This document shows, piece after piece, positions 25,035 through 38,409 of a stretch of DNA of 64,000 nt. Within the stretch, counting starts at the first letter, position 1; every line of letters begins with the position of its first letter. The notes below the pieces were generated by a model. The model searched no databases and was not told the DNA's origin. It saw nothing but the letters and a program-made list of their open reading frames with translations. This DNA comes from Octopus sinensis. Lineage: Eukaryota. The translations under genes were made by a program, and so were the position numbers. Location: contig NC_042999.1 in the NCBI RefSeq assembly GCF_006345805.1, positions 74,276,001-74,340,000 of the forward strand, written 5' to 3'.

Positions 25035-25650
25035 TGTTTAATCCAACTTTTAATATCGCTGTTAAAACTAATATAGGTAAAGAATTCTTAAACCTAGCTT
25101 CCAAACACTAGGGTTAGCTATTCTTGTTGTAAGAACTTCACCTTTTTAATCAGCTAACTTAATGCAAAGACCATTATTAAAGCCAACGGAGCCGAAATAA
25201 ACAATTCCAAAGATCAAAGTTGCTGTTCCTTACTGAGAAATTGTCTAGTGAAAGCAATTGTTTATAGAGCTAAAGTTCAAGTGAACAATACAGGTGCTTA
25301 TAAAACATACTCTGGTGCTACGGAAAATTCCTTTAAAACCGGACTATATTCTCATAGAAATTCCTTCAAATATCCAGAGAATAGAACTGTAACGAGCCTG
25401 GTTTAAACATATATGGCAATTAGAGGAAGGAGATTATTCTCCTTTCAAAATTTACTGGTATGATCTGGAAAAGGCAGCCCCATACAGACACGGAGCGCAC
25501 AAATATTCAATGAGGGGTAATTTATGCTTGAGCGAGAAATTCTTCGTCCTCTTCCGGGAAAAAAACGCCTTAAATGAGAGATCAGGTCTCTTGAACTGCT
25601 GTAGGTACGCTTCCAAGTATAGGATGAGTTTCCAAAATATTCAATACGGA
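25035..25650 (+). mobile_element. Decayed PLE GIY-YIG region (family of 62903-63316)
   Basis: NPTFNIAVKTNIGKEFL, CLVKAIVYRAKV, YSGATENSFK, CLSEKFF...LNERSGLLNCCR. Confidence 0.75.
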
Positions 25651-25789
25651 TAGCAAAAATTGGTCTTTGAATTTCCTAAATCCGCTCAAACTTACACACA
25701 TCTACCGCATATCACCTCGTGTAACTTTATTTTAACTCATTTTATTTCACCAGCAAACACACCCTCCAAAAAACCTTCGATTATCTAGA

Positions 25790-26345
25790 AACTAACTCTT
25801 CGATACTTCTATCTACTGTATATATCAACCCACAACCCTAGAAACAATGAGGCATACAACACTGTTGTGCAAAATCTTGCTTCACTAACTAGAGACCCAA
25901 AAAGGAACAACATTCTGAAAGCACATAAATTCCCCATATGCAAAAAGCAACACAAATCGCTTAGGAGACTTCTAACAAATATGAATCTTTATACAATAAC
26001 CACGAAACCAACGGTTAAAAAATGTGGACGCCCAAACTGTGGAGCATGCCCCTACTTGAAGGCTGGATTTCTTTTTCAAACAAGGAGAGGAGTTCACAAT
26101 AAAAACGAACTTCACTTGTGCCTCTGAGAATCTAATTTATGTAATCACCTGCTGGAGTTGTAAACATCGCTATATATGACATTGAAACTGAGAACCACTC
26201 TACATAAAACTTATTCATCGATAAATACAGAACACGTCTAAATATGCACGCATAACCAACTTTGATCTCTATACATACTTTAATTCACGATTACATACCC
26301 ATCACAGTACATATTTCTCCCCACTACCATAGTTTTTAAAGTTTT
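25790..26345 (+). mobile_element. Decayed PLE linker/GIY-YIG fragment (related to 14121 family)
   Basis: KPTVKKCGRPNCGACPYL, NFTCASENLIYVITC. Confidence 0.8.
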
Positions 26346-26364
26346 CTGTGTGTATATATATATT

Positions 26365-27490
26365 ATAGGGATTGGACAAAATAATAGAAATGCCTTAAAA
26401 TTTCAAACAAATTTTTTTTAATATGGGGCTGGACCGCCTTTGGCACTAATTACACCTTGAGGTATGGACTCGTAATAAGTCTGAATTCTTTCTAATTCAA
26501 TGAAATTTTAGTCCATTCTTCAGCTAAAACCGTCTCCAGTTCTTGTAGTGATGATGGTGGAGAATATCGACTCCTTACTTGTTTTTCTAAAATACACCAT
26601 AAATGTTCAATAATATTGAAATCTTGGGACTGTGGTGGCCAGATAAGATGTTCAACTTCACTAGTATGTTCCTCGTGCCATTCAATAACAACTTTTGCCG
26701 TGTGAATTGGTGCATTATCACCCCGAAAGATTGTGTTTCACCCCGGAAACAGTTCTGCAACCATAGTATGAATTTGATCAGATAAAATGCTTAAATAGTC
26801 TTCACTATTAATTCTGCCATGAAGGGAAACCGGCGGATCTCCAAGATATAACCACCACCCCTACACACACACACACACACACACACCATAGATCATCACA
26901 GTTGGAAGAAGGCAGTCTGGATCAAATGCTTCTTTTGGCTGCCTCCACGCGCATACTTGGCCAGTAGTCGGAAATAAGGTAAAGGATGATTCGTCCGAGA
27001 AAATAACATTCTTCCACTGCTCTCATGACCAATTCTGTAGGGTTTTACTCCACTTTAAACGCTTTGCAACGTTTGTTTTTGAAAGTAGTGATTTTCTGAT
27101 TGCAGCCCTCTCGTGAAATCCACCTTTGTGCAGCTCCCGGCGAACAGTTTTTGTGGGAACTGGGCTCTGCAGTAATTTTGGGAGCTGTACTTTTATGATC
27201 CTTTCTAACAATTCGCGTAAGAGTCCAACTATTTGAAAGTTTTGGATTTCTTCCAGAGTTTTTTTTTAACGAGGAGGTTTTTCCCTCTTTCTCAAAGGCT
27301 GCCTTTGAAAGAATACTTCTTCATACACATGTTTTCGTTACGCTAGCACCTGTTATACGAACACCAAGAATTTGACCTCTTTGAAAGTCCGATAGATCTG
27401 TCCTTTTGATGAATTTTAATTACCTTTTGTCTGATGATATCTAAAAAGAAACAGCAATTTTAGCAAAACACATTAAGCAACACTAATAAA
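26365..27490 (-). mobile_element. Degraded Tc1-like DNA transposon
   Basis: TVRRELHKGGFHERAAIRKSLLSKTNVAKRLKW; PDFNIIEHLW catalytic-region remnant near 26600; TIR-like start TAGGGATTGGACAAAATAAT. Confidence 0.75.
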
Positions 27491-28254
27491 TAAATCGAAA
27501 GTAAAAATATAAAAATAAAAAAGGTATAAACTAATAAATCCAAATAAGTATAATTAAATAGGCATTATGTGGATAAATCAATATCTAGAATTAAATTATT
27601 CTATACTATTAAAGCAAACAGAAGAATACATATTGAAGCCCTTACTATCAGCTAATGTTTCCATGTAAATAAATTACCACTTATATAAAATAAATGAGGG
27701 ATAGAGAGCTTATTGCATTCATATGGGAAAGGAATATATATATATATACGCACACTCACACACATACACACACATATATATATACATGTGTGTGTGTGTG
27801 TGTGCGTTTAATAGATTTTAAATAATAAATTATATTTAAATAAACAATCCATGAATTATAAAATTAAAATAAACATAGGAACAAATCTTAAAGTGAAACA
27901 CATCCTCACCATTTGAAAATGATCTAGCTCCATACATGTGAAACATAGTGAATAGTAACCCCATTAAACAATACATAAAAATTAATTTTACAATATGTAT
28001 ATGTATAATAACTTAAACTATCAGCAAATAAGACTAATACAACTAAATAAATGAAAAATGTAATAATAATAAAAATTGAAATTCTCATAAGTGTAGAAGT
28101 TAAATAAATACATAGATTTGGATACTTAGTAATATATATATTTTTATTTTCATTTTAACAGTTTTATTAGATAAATGAGGAATAGAGAGCTTATTATAGT
28201 TATAAGGAAAATGAATATAATATATATATACATCTATACAAACATATATATATA

Positions 28255-28390
28255 GCGGTTCGGCAAAAGAGACCGATAGAATAAGTACTGGGCTTACAAA
28301 GAATAAGTCCTGGGGTCGAGTTGCTCGACTAAAGGCGGTGCTCCAGCATGGCTGCAGTCAAATGACTGAAACAAGTAAAAGAGAGAAAGA
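28255..28390 (+). mobile_element. SINE 3' tail (family of 12735)
   Basis: Reverse complement of the 12735-12865 tail. Confidence 0.8.
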
Positions 28391-28990
28391 TCATCATCAT
28401 CATCATCATCATTTAACGTCCGCTTTCCATGCTAGCATGGGTTGGACGGTTCAACTGGGGTCTGGGGAGCCCGAAAGCTGCACCAGTCCAGTCAGATCTG
28501 GCAGTGTTTCTACAGCTGGATGCCCTTCCTAACGCCAACCACTCCGAGAGTGTAGTGGGTGATTTTATGTGCCACCGACACAGGTGCCAGACGAGGCTGA
28601 CAAACGGCCACGCTCGGATGGTGTTTTTTATGTGCCACCGACACAGGTGCCAGACGAGGCTGGCAGACGGCCACGCTCGGATGGTGTTTTTTTATGTGCC
28701 ACCGACACAGGTGCCAGACGAGGCTGGCAGACGGCCACACTCGGATGGTGTTTTTATGTGCCACCGACACAGGTGCCAGACGAGGCTGGCAGACGGCCAC
28801 GATCGGATGGTGTTTTTATGTGCCACCGACACAGGTGCCAGATGAGGCTGGCAAACGGCCACGATCGGATGGTGCTTGTTACGTGCCCACAGCACGGAGG
28901 CCAGTCGATGCGGTACTGGCTACGGCCACGTACGGATGGTTTTCTTATGTGCCACGTGCCACCGGCACTGGTACCACAAAGATACAAATT
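28391..28990 (-). mobile_element. (GAT)n-tailed RTE-related SINE with internal 62-64-bp minisatellite
   Basis: GGATGCCCTTCCTAACGCCAACC motif; units start at 28567, 28630, 28694, 28756, 28818, with diverged units at 28881 and 28947. Confidence 0.85.
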
Positions 28991-29114
28991 CCATTGATGT
29001 TCATCTATTTTGATTTGTTTTGATTTGATTTGATTTTCACTTGCCTCAACAGGTCTTCACAAGTGTCACAAGAAGGAAGGTATGCACAGGTGGACTGATA
29101 TATATATATATATA

Positions 29115-29530
29115 TATATATATACCCAAAAAATAACCAAAAAATAAGCAACATGAATGGATCCAGTAATTTAGTACAACTGTTTCATACTATAACAATT
29201 TATTAAAGCTGCAGATATTACAGCAAATATAATATGTCAAGTAATCTTCAGCTAATTTCATATAGGTTTTCCAGTAATGTAAAGTTCTCAAATCAATTAG
29301 TAACATCTTAGAGAGTGTAAATATACCGATAAAGTTGTAGATGTAAGTTTCAGGAACTTGAAGCAAGATGCCAAGCAAACCAAGATTGAGTTCATATATG
29401 CTTTCCAACGTTGTAAAGTTCTCAAATTAATTAGTGGCATCCCAGAGAAGGTAAATATACCGATAAAGTTGTGGATATGAATTTCAGGAAACATAAAGAA
29501 AGATGCCAGTCAGACCAAGATTAAGTTCGC
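29115..29530 (-). mobile_element. PLE terminal-repeat-like element with decayed HHR (29171-29255) and 134-bp tandem duplication
   Basis: Minus strand TTAG-CTGAAGA-TTAC...GTAT-GAAA-CAGTTG-TA|CTAA; related to the 20192 arms and 15190-15240. Confidence 0.6.
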
Positions 29531-29759
29531 ATCTAACTGTTGCAAGAAAAAATTTCTTTAGTGGTAGGAATAGTAGTAGGGTAGGTTAAGGAAGCTGATT
29601 AGCTGGAAAAAAGAACAGAAGGAGAAAAAAATTTGGGGGGTGTAAAAGGAACAAAGACAGATTGACACTAAAAAGAAGGGTCAATCTATTTCTATGGTGA
29701 CAGAAAATCTAGGTCAGTGTGGAAGGAACATTAAATTCTTATATATATATACATATATA

Positions 29760-29965
29760 TGTGACCGAGTGTGTATCGTTGGCGACTTTCTTTCTCTGTC
29801 TTCCCTTCCTTGGACCTTTCCTTTTTCTATGTTTCTGACGAAGAGCTTCCCTGGAAACGTTAAATCCTCCTCCTTTCTTTCCTTTCTTGTGCGTCCAGTA
29901 ACATTATACTTGTTCCATGTCCTCGCATTGTTGTGTTTTTTCTCTTTGTTCATGTTTGGATTAAC

Positions 29966-29970
<5 letters not shown>
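29760..29970 (+). mobile_element. Solo PLE terminal repeat with HHR remnant (29832-29864)
   Basis: TTT-CTGACGA-AGAGCTTCCCTG-GAAA-CG-TT|AAA, same layout as 55367; stem II damaged; ends at (TA)n. Confidence 0.5.
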
Positions 29971-30013
<43 letters not shown>

Positions 30014-30146
30014 TAGATATAGATATACATATGTATATATATATATATATAATTTCAACAATTGAGGGTAAAATTAATTAGTTATTAATCAATTTCACCA
30101 AGTATTCAGTATGTAAAAGGACCATTTAAGGTGAATATATAATGTA

Positions 30147-30186
<40 letters not shown>

Positions 30187-30189
30187 ATA

Positions 30190-30560
30190 TCATCATCATC
30201 ATCGTTTAACGTCCGTTCTCCATGCTAGCATGGGTTGGACGGTTCAACCGGGGATCTGGGAAACCAGAAGGCTGCACCAGGCTCCAGTCTTATCTGGCAA
30301 TGTTTCTACAGCTGGATGCCCTTCCTAACGCCAACCACTCCATGAGTGTAGTGGGTGCTTTTTACGTGCCACCCGCACAGGTGCCAGGCGAGGCTGGCAA
30401 CAGCCACGGTCGGATTGGTGCAATTTACGTGCCACCAGCACGGAAGCCAGTCGAGGCGGCGCTGGCATCGGCCACGATTCGGATAGTGCATTTTACGTAC
30501 CACCAGTCCAGGGGTCCTGGCATCTGCCGGGTGCCAGTCATAGGATTGGTTCAATTTCGA
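30190..30560 (-). mobile_element. (GAT)n-tailed RTE-related SINE
   Basis: Homologous to 28391-28990 but without the amplified unit. Confidence 0.8.
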
Positions 30561-30616
30561 TTTCGATTTCACTTTCCCCAACATGTCTTCGCAAACAAAG
30601 GGCATTGGCATGGGTG

Positions 30617-30664
<48 letters not shown>

Positions 30665-32995
30665 TCAATAAATTTTACATAATAAATTATATTTCACTAA
30701 ATACTCTGTGAATGATAAAATTATATAAACATAGGAAAAATCTTAATATGAAATGCACCCTCACCATTTGAAAATGATCTAGCTCCATACATGTAACACA
30801 TAGTGAATAGTACCCCCATAAAAAAATACACAAAAATTAATTTAACATATATATATATATATATATATATAATAACCCAAACTATCAACAAATAAGACTA
30901 ATACACTTAAATAAACAAAAAATGTAAGAATAATAAAAATTGAAATTCTCAAAATTAAAAGAGTAGAAATTAAATAATTATTTAGATTTGGATACTTTCT
31001 AATATATTTTTATATATATTAATTTTTATTTTTTCTTATTTTATTAGTCTTCTAACAAGTGAGTAGGGAGAAAAGTAGCAGCCAGCCTCTAAAATAACTA
31101 TCTAAATTCCATTAAGAGTGAATAGTGGTATATCCTAGTTTTTCAAGGCTGCAACACGCCGTTGCTCACTATGGTCACAGTTTAAACTCTAGCTGTTTTT
31201 ATAACGGGATCCAAAGATGCACATGTTGACATACACAAACACACATGCACACGCTGTTATTCTGTACATAAGGAGCTCTCGATCCATTAGGATGTAAATG
31301 AGTACATATGAATATCTCTCAATTTTACCCCGAAGAGATTTTTACCTTTTAAATTCATAATGCAATTTTAATTGTAAAATATGAATGAAAGGGGGAATTG
31401 AAATGTGCATAGGTGACATGAAATTAACTATTATATAAATAAATTGATTTTTTCTGTGTTCACACTCTCCATTTTCCAAATGTTTTATTATTAAATTCTT
31501 TTCTCCTATATCGGATAAATGAAAACATCTGTACGGACAACATTATAAGTGTTATGCATTAATGTCAAAGAAGAACCATCAATAAACATTAACACTAACA
31601 TAAATTAACAAATTTCAGGAAAATTAATCAATAGGAAGATAAACCTGTGTATGCTTGGATGAAATACATCCCTAGAATGAGCAATCTCTTTCCATTCAAC
31701 AATGTGTGTCTGTGTGTGTGTGTGTGTGTGTGAACATGCATGTATGTGCGTGCGTGAACGTGCATGTATGTGTGTGCGCACTGCCTGTGTGTATGTGTAT
31801 GCACTCATACACACTAATGTTTGGTAATACATCATCATGGAAACTGCAGCAGAGAAATGCATTATAATATTACACTGACATGTACAGAAAACTGAATGAA
31901 ATATTCTCTTTCTATATTTGATTTTCAGACTTTCCTCTTATTATTCAAGATATTCAAGTTATTCCCATTTACCAGGCACATTCAGAAATTTAGCATGCAG
32001 AGGTGATGAAAACTCACTATCAGTTTGCACTGATTTTTATTTTTCTTCTTATGGCTGTTCATATAGCAAGCTTCATGTTCGATGCCAGAATGACTGTGAG
32101 TACAAATATTTACTTCATTATGATATCAATGTGAATTACCTATCAAATAATCTTTATATTCTTTGCAAATCACAGGAAACTGTGTGGTTGATTCCCCTTG
32201 GGAGTAAGCAGGGTACTGTTCTATTACAGTTAGCATTTATTACTTGAGTAATTGAATTAAACACAGTAAGCCAACATACTCAATGATGTTTATTCTTGCA
32301 TTTGTGAGTTAGACCTATTTCCAATAATTATTTTCTGTTATAAAGCATGGTCAGATGAGAAGGGAGGCAGTTGTGGTTTTTGCATGCCAATACAGACTGG
32401 TGAGACTGATATGGCCAATGCTCATCCTGGAAATCAGTAGGTCAGTAATATAGGTGGAAAGAAATCAGGGAGTATGAATGCTTGTGACAAAATGAGCTCT
32501 ACTGAAGGAACCCAAGAACCAGGTAGTGTATTAGACTTGTCTCTCTTAACCATGGCACAGTACTGAGAGGATTTGTTAGATGTATACTACAGAAAAACCA
32601 TAGTGATTACTATTTTGGGAAATATCTGGTTATTGGCTTTAAGACCAAAATCAAATTCATCACCTTATTGATATGTTAATACAAGTTAATGATGGAAATA
32701 ATAATATATCATGTAATTAAGGAAAAATTGTATTTATTGATTGCTAGTTATGTGTTTAGATAATATAATTATTGTTACTGTTTTATCTATTAATAATTCC
32801 GATGAGATTAACAAGGACAATTTAATATCTTATCAGTATATGCTGGATTTTAGTGCCAGTATAATACAGTTGTTAATTCCTTTGAGCACCTCCTTCAGTT
32901 AACTAACAAAACCATTTACTAGATGAATTAGATAATTTCATGTATTTGTTCATAAAATTCATTGAAACTACATTATTTTCAATTTCATGTTCCAG

Positions 32996-33148
32996 CAACT
33001 AAGGCATTTTGCTCATTTGATAACAACATTTGTGGAATGGTTAGTGAAGGTACAGCAGATTATGAATGGCAACGTGTTCAACCCTATACATACAAACTGC
33101 CAGGACAATCAATACCCAAAAGTGATCACACAACTGAAAGTAATAAAG
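32996..33148 (+). CDS. MAM-domain protein exon (MAM1 N-terminal part)
   Basis: ttccag|...AAAG|gtaatt; TKAFCSFDNNICG...EWQR...PKSDHTTESNKG; 153 nt, phase 1-1. Confidence 0.9.
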
Positions 33149-33894
33149 GTAATTAATCTCAGTTTCTTTGATATTTCTCTTAATAAAGTTTCTTTGATAA
33201 AACAATCATAGAGTAAGAAAAAATCTGTTCTGTGCTGTTGCTCATTTTTTTCTTTGTGCTTTTGACACCAAATTTTAATTAGTATTCTCTCCAATGATCT
33301 TTGATGATTGAACCTGGAACCTATATTTTACCACTTGGGTCTATTGTTCTTACTACTACCCTTTTGCTCTGAAAATTAATTATGTCACCTTAAATACTTA
33401 AAACTTAGACTTAATGAATACAGACATATTGGATAATGCAGTTTCACCTACTCTGTCTGAAAAAAAATGGATTGGTCATGGCTAAAAATGCCTTTGACCA
33501 TAGATCTATTAGATCAGAGTTGATATGAGACTAAACAACAATGAAAGAATGACTCATTAAAAAGGATGACAAATAGCAAAAATATTACTGATTGTGCAAA
33601 ATCAAAACAAATGCAAAAATAAATTTTTCTCCTCTCTATATGTTGTGGCGAGAGCCATTGACACCCCTGGGGGATTGGAAAAATGGACTAGCTGAAGTCT
33701 TATAAAGAGTAGCGTATTGGTTGAGATGAGAGGAAGTCATAGGAAGTCGTTGAAATCTTTTGGAGGAGGAGGAGGAAATAGAGGATGCAGAAATGGAGGA
33801 AGAGGAAATGGTGGAAATGTGTCAAGCTAAATAAAATCACTGTCTTCCACATATACAGGCTTGTCCTTTCAGGTGTTGGTCCCACTTAAAAAAG

Positions 33895-34138
33895 CACCCA
33901 TGTCAGTGCATCAATGCACCTGTGCCAGTGTTGTGTAAACACACTCATGCCAGTGGCACATAAGAAACACCCAGCACACTCTGTTAAGTTGTTGGCATTA
34001 GGAAAGGCATCTAGCCATAGAAATCATGCCACAATAGACAATTGGAGTCTGAACAGCACCCTACTGGCCAGCACTATGTCAAACCATGTCAGCATGGAAA
34101 GCAGACGTTAAACAACAACGACGACGACGACGACGATG

Positions 34139-34226
<88 letters not shown>

Positions 34227-34240
34227 CGACGACGATGATG
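33895..34240 (+). mobile_element. (GAT)n-tailed RTE-related SINE with long (GAT/GAC)n tail
   Basis: TTGGCATTAGGAAAGGCATC motif; tail 34110-34240. Confidence 0.75.
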
Positions 34241-34289
34241 ATATCTATATACATACTCTATGACTAGCATAAAAATTCCCTTTTGTCAT

Positions 34290-34610
34290 GAATGACCATG
34301 AGATTGCACCTAGAAAGTTACCCTCCAAGGCACCAGTCCAGGCAAGATTGTTTATGGAAGACCAGCAGTCATCTAAACATACCAGCTTCCCCTCTCCAAT
34401 GCCACCAAAGTTATCCAAGAGAAAGAGAGAGGCTGATACAGCTTGGCAACAGTGACGTTGCAACTCATTTCTACAGATGAGTGAACTGGAACAACATAAA
34501 AACTAAAGTATCTTGCTCAAGAATACAACACACAGCCTGGTCCAAGAATCAAACTCACTACCTAATGATTGTGATTCCGACACTCTGACCATTGAGCTTT
34601 GTGCCTTCAC
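34290..34610 (-). mobile_element. tRNA-derived SINE (family of 19560)
   Basis: Decayed tRNA head at 34545-34610; body matches 19590-19830. Confidence 0.75.
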
Positions 34611-34970
34611 AAGTCACTTTATAATTATGTACATTATATATACATGTGTGTATGTGTGTAATGTGATGACAGTTTTTTCAAATCATTAGCTATATATTTT
34701 GATTTTAATGAAAATGCAAATAGCCATTGAAAAAGAAGAAAGTACAGTTTTAAATTGTAAACAACTTAAAACATGTATTCTGAGTTTCCTTACGAGCAAA
34801 ATTACAGACCATATTCTGAAATGAATGGTTATTCTTTACAATTTTTGTGAGCACAAAAGCCTGTACCCTGAGGTAGCTGTAAAACTCTGCCACATTATAT
34901 TATCAAAAAGCAATCTTTTTTATTATATTATTTTTACATGTTATTGAATGCTGTATATTTGCTTTTTCAG

Positions 34971-35211
34971 GAAAATATATGCTTGCTTCTGCAACTGGTT
35001 TCCATGGACAAAAAACAACTTTGAGAACAAAACCCTTCAGTGGAAATCTCGGCAGTGTCAGTTTCTACCATCACATGTCTGGAAGAAACATGGGAAGCCT
35101 AAATATCTCTGTTCGAACTAATAATTCTAGCAAAAAATCTATTGGATCTATATCAGGCAATCAAGGCACTGGATGGAAACATCAATGTCTTCCCGTGAAT
35201 GAGGGATATGG
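34971..35211 (+). CDS. MAM-domain protein exon (MAM1 middle)
   Basis: tttcag|GA...GG|gtaaga; GKYML...SFYHHMSGRNMGSLNISV...SGNQGTGW; phase 1-2. Confidence 0.92.
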
Positions 35212-35529
35212 GTAAGAAGATTTTGCTTTCAATAACTTTTACTGGTTCATGATTGATTTTTCTGGAAATGTTCATGCCAAAGTTTGCACAGCTTATTTGC
35301 TTTGACAGACCAACAGAAGCCACATAATAATGGTGTAACGTCTTACTTCTCACCTTGAATCAATAAAAATACAATTCACTTCTGATCTCCCATAAAATAA
35401 TGATTTAACTGTTCACCTCTGATCTCATTTATAATGATGATACAATAATACACCACTTACCTGTCATCACAATTTGGATGGTTGTCCTTAGAAATGAACA
35501 AGTACCTCCATTGGGCTGAATTTGTAATG

Positions 35530-36130
35530 GATTTCACAAAACCACTGCCCATATTGTGAACGAATGCCCCCAACTTGCCCAAAAGCAATATAAGTTGAGA
35601 GTACACGATGAGGTAGTAAAAGTGCTACACAGAAACTGTGAGAAAAGTTGGAGGTAAAAAGAAGCAAGACATGGTATGAACATCAACCACAGAGAGTGGC
35701 TGGGTCAGAAGCTTGAAATATCCTGTGGTGTTTCCCAATCCAAACAGACTAGGTGCTTGAACAGAACATACTAGACATAGTGGTGGTGGACAAGCTGAAT
35801 CATTTGTGCTCTATAATTGATGTTGCATGCCCACTTGACCCACAAATAGATAAGGAGTCTGTAAAAATAGACATATACAAATGAAAAAGATGAAGACAGT
35901 GCCAATTTTTGTTGGGTCTTTGGGGACAGTGCCAAAAGGCATCAAAAGGAATATAAAGGAAATGGGAAATGGGAATAGAGTGCTATTGCAAGAAATTCTT
36001 CTCCTTGGCACAGCAAGAATCATCAGGAAAGTATTAAATAGTTGGTGAGAATGGATAGCGTAGTAACAAAGGCTACAGGTAGCAAGTCTGTGACTCATGC
36101 AATACACTAAGAGTTCCAGTAAAACCTGAG
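35530..36130 (+). mobile_element. R4/Dong-type LINE 3' fragment (RLE domain), decayed
   Basis: LAQKQYKL.HDEV, WYEHQP, ILW.FPIQTD, DIVVVDK remnants; followed by (AAT)n 36140-36250. Confidence 0.75.
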
Positions 36131-36155
36131 TTAGTATATAATAATAATAATGATG

Positions 36156-36228
<73 letters not shown>

Positions 36229-36254
36229 CAACAACAAAATAAATAAATAAATAA

Positions 36255-38375
36255 ATATATAGAGATGGTGTCACAATAAAAACTCTGGTAACTGTGCGAC
36301 CTGATAATCGCTAGCTCATATGAGTGACAATGAAAAACACAATATTGTGAACAAGGTTAATAATGAAACTGAAGCCCTTGATGGTGATGGTGTTGCACCC
36401 AGCAGGTTTAGAGATACTGGTTTGATTCCAGTCTGTCGTTATCCAGCAAGGGACCAGCACACACGGTGTAGGTGAAACAAACTGTGAAACAATGCTGTGG
36501 TCATGGAGTGTTACTAACTGAGCAACCCTGTAGACGAAAATGGTGTTCATATTAAGGGATACCGACAATGTATGTATGATCAATGGAAAGAAAGAGGATT
36601 CTTTCAACTCATAGGACAGAGATTATGTGATCAAGCTAGAACAATAAGAAAAAATCATTGGTTCACAGAAGTAGAGCTTGAAGCTATCAAAAGAGAGGTA
36701 TTGGAAAACAGCAGTAGAGGAAACAGTGAGAATAAAGTTCCTACTGATAAAAGTAATCTCATAGCAAAAAACAGAGGTGAAACCACAGGAAAGGAACAGT
36801 GATAGCTTACTCAACGAGAGACATGTAGATGGTTTGGAAGAAGACAATAAAACTAATCATGGCATGATAGATGGGCAAAAGGCATTCTACAACAGAATAA
36901 AGGCAAAGCTACAGGAGAATGATAGCAACATTATTTGCAACCTTAAAAAGGTTGAACGGGGGAAATTGAACCAAGAAACGAAAAATAGAACAAAAAACAT
37001 CACAGAAACAAATAATTTGATCAAGGCATTAAGTATTGTTGTAGCCAATAATGTGGGTATTGATGTGAAGAAAAATCAATATAATGGGAATGACAAAAGA
37101 AAAGATCCATGGTGGAAAGGAAAACTACAGGTGGGATATACAGGTATAAAAATACAGGTGCTCTCAAAGAACATTTCTGGGTTAAACCGAACAAAAATAC
37201 AGGGCCAGAACAGGAAGTATGATATTGAAAGAAAGGGCCTGAAAGTGGTAATGAAGGAATTGAAGCAGAACCTTGTTGCAAAGAAATCCAAGATAGTAAG
37301 ATAAGACCAAAGAATGGAGGGACCAGCTGAATAGGTTATTCAGTGTAGATCAGAAGAGATTCTACAAAGAAATAAGCAAAAAGTGTACAGATGAAAAGTT
37401 GGTAGCAGATAACATTGAAAGTCAAAGGTTTTGAATGACATCTGGAGCAAAGACAAGGAGCACAAGAAAGATGCTGAATGGTTGCAAGAACTAAAACAAA
37501 TAGTAGTCTGTCCAAAACAGGCAGAACTAGATATTTCAGTTTGGGAAGTGAAGGAAATCAGCACAAAAATGAGCAACTGCAAGGCCCGGGGTCCAGATGA
37601 AGTTCAAGGCTACTGGATCAAAAGATTTGTTGAATGTCATGCACGAATAGCTGCACAACTCAACACCATGTTAAATGCCGACCAAGTAACACCAGAGTGG
37701 TTGACAATGAGTAGAACAGTGCTGTGCTTGAAAAGCATTACAAAAGGCAATACAGTGGACAGTTACAGGCCGATATCCTGCTTGTCACTTATGTAGAAAT
37801 TATTGACTGGAATAGTCACAGAGTCAATGTGCGGACATCGGGAAAAAAATGAAGTCCTGCCACATGAGCAGAAGGGCTGCGTGCATAAGTGCAGAGGTAC
37901 AAATGATCAACTCCTGGTACACAAAACTGTACTTAGAGACTGCAACAGGCGATAAACTAACTTTGCCATGTCATGGATTAATTATCGTAAGGTGTACGAT
38001 ATGATCCCACATTTTTGTATTATGGAATGTATGAACCTATTTGGTATTCCATCGAATTATGTGATAAGGAAGAAAGAAAAGTTGACAGTTATAACAGGTT
38101 AGCTTGGGAGGTTAAGCAGTTGTGGTTGCTGTAAAATATGGTAGTAGTACCAACAATTGTCAGAGCCCTGGGAACAGTGAGTAAAAATCTTGAGAAGTAG
38201 ATGGAACAAATAGGGAATGCAATAAGTCTGAGTACTTGCAGAAAACAGCATTGCATGGAACCATTCAAATACTCTGGAAGGTGCTCAAAAAATAATGGGT
38301 GTTACCTTAGTTCACTGGTAGTGAACAGCTGACACTTTAGTACATCTCCAGCATTCGAAGCTGTGCAAAGACAAT
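36255..38375 (+). mobile_element. Internally deleted R4/Dong-type LINE flanked by (AAT)n
   Basis: N-terminal QRLCDQARTIRKNHW; KARGPDEVQGYWIK, YRPISCL, WINYRKVYDMIPH; jumps to the RLE end (IVRALGTVSKNL); 3' UTR matches 4200-4260. Confidence 0.85.
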
Positions 38376-38409
38376 AAAATAATAATAATAATAATATCAA
38401 TAATAATTG

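Noticed and set aside
28563-28960. Possible CRISPR array
   Set aside because: Units are contiguous with no unique spacers, lie inside a SINE, and there are no cas genes; the DNA is eukaryotic.
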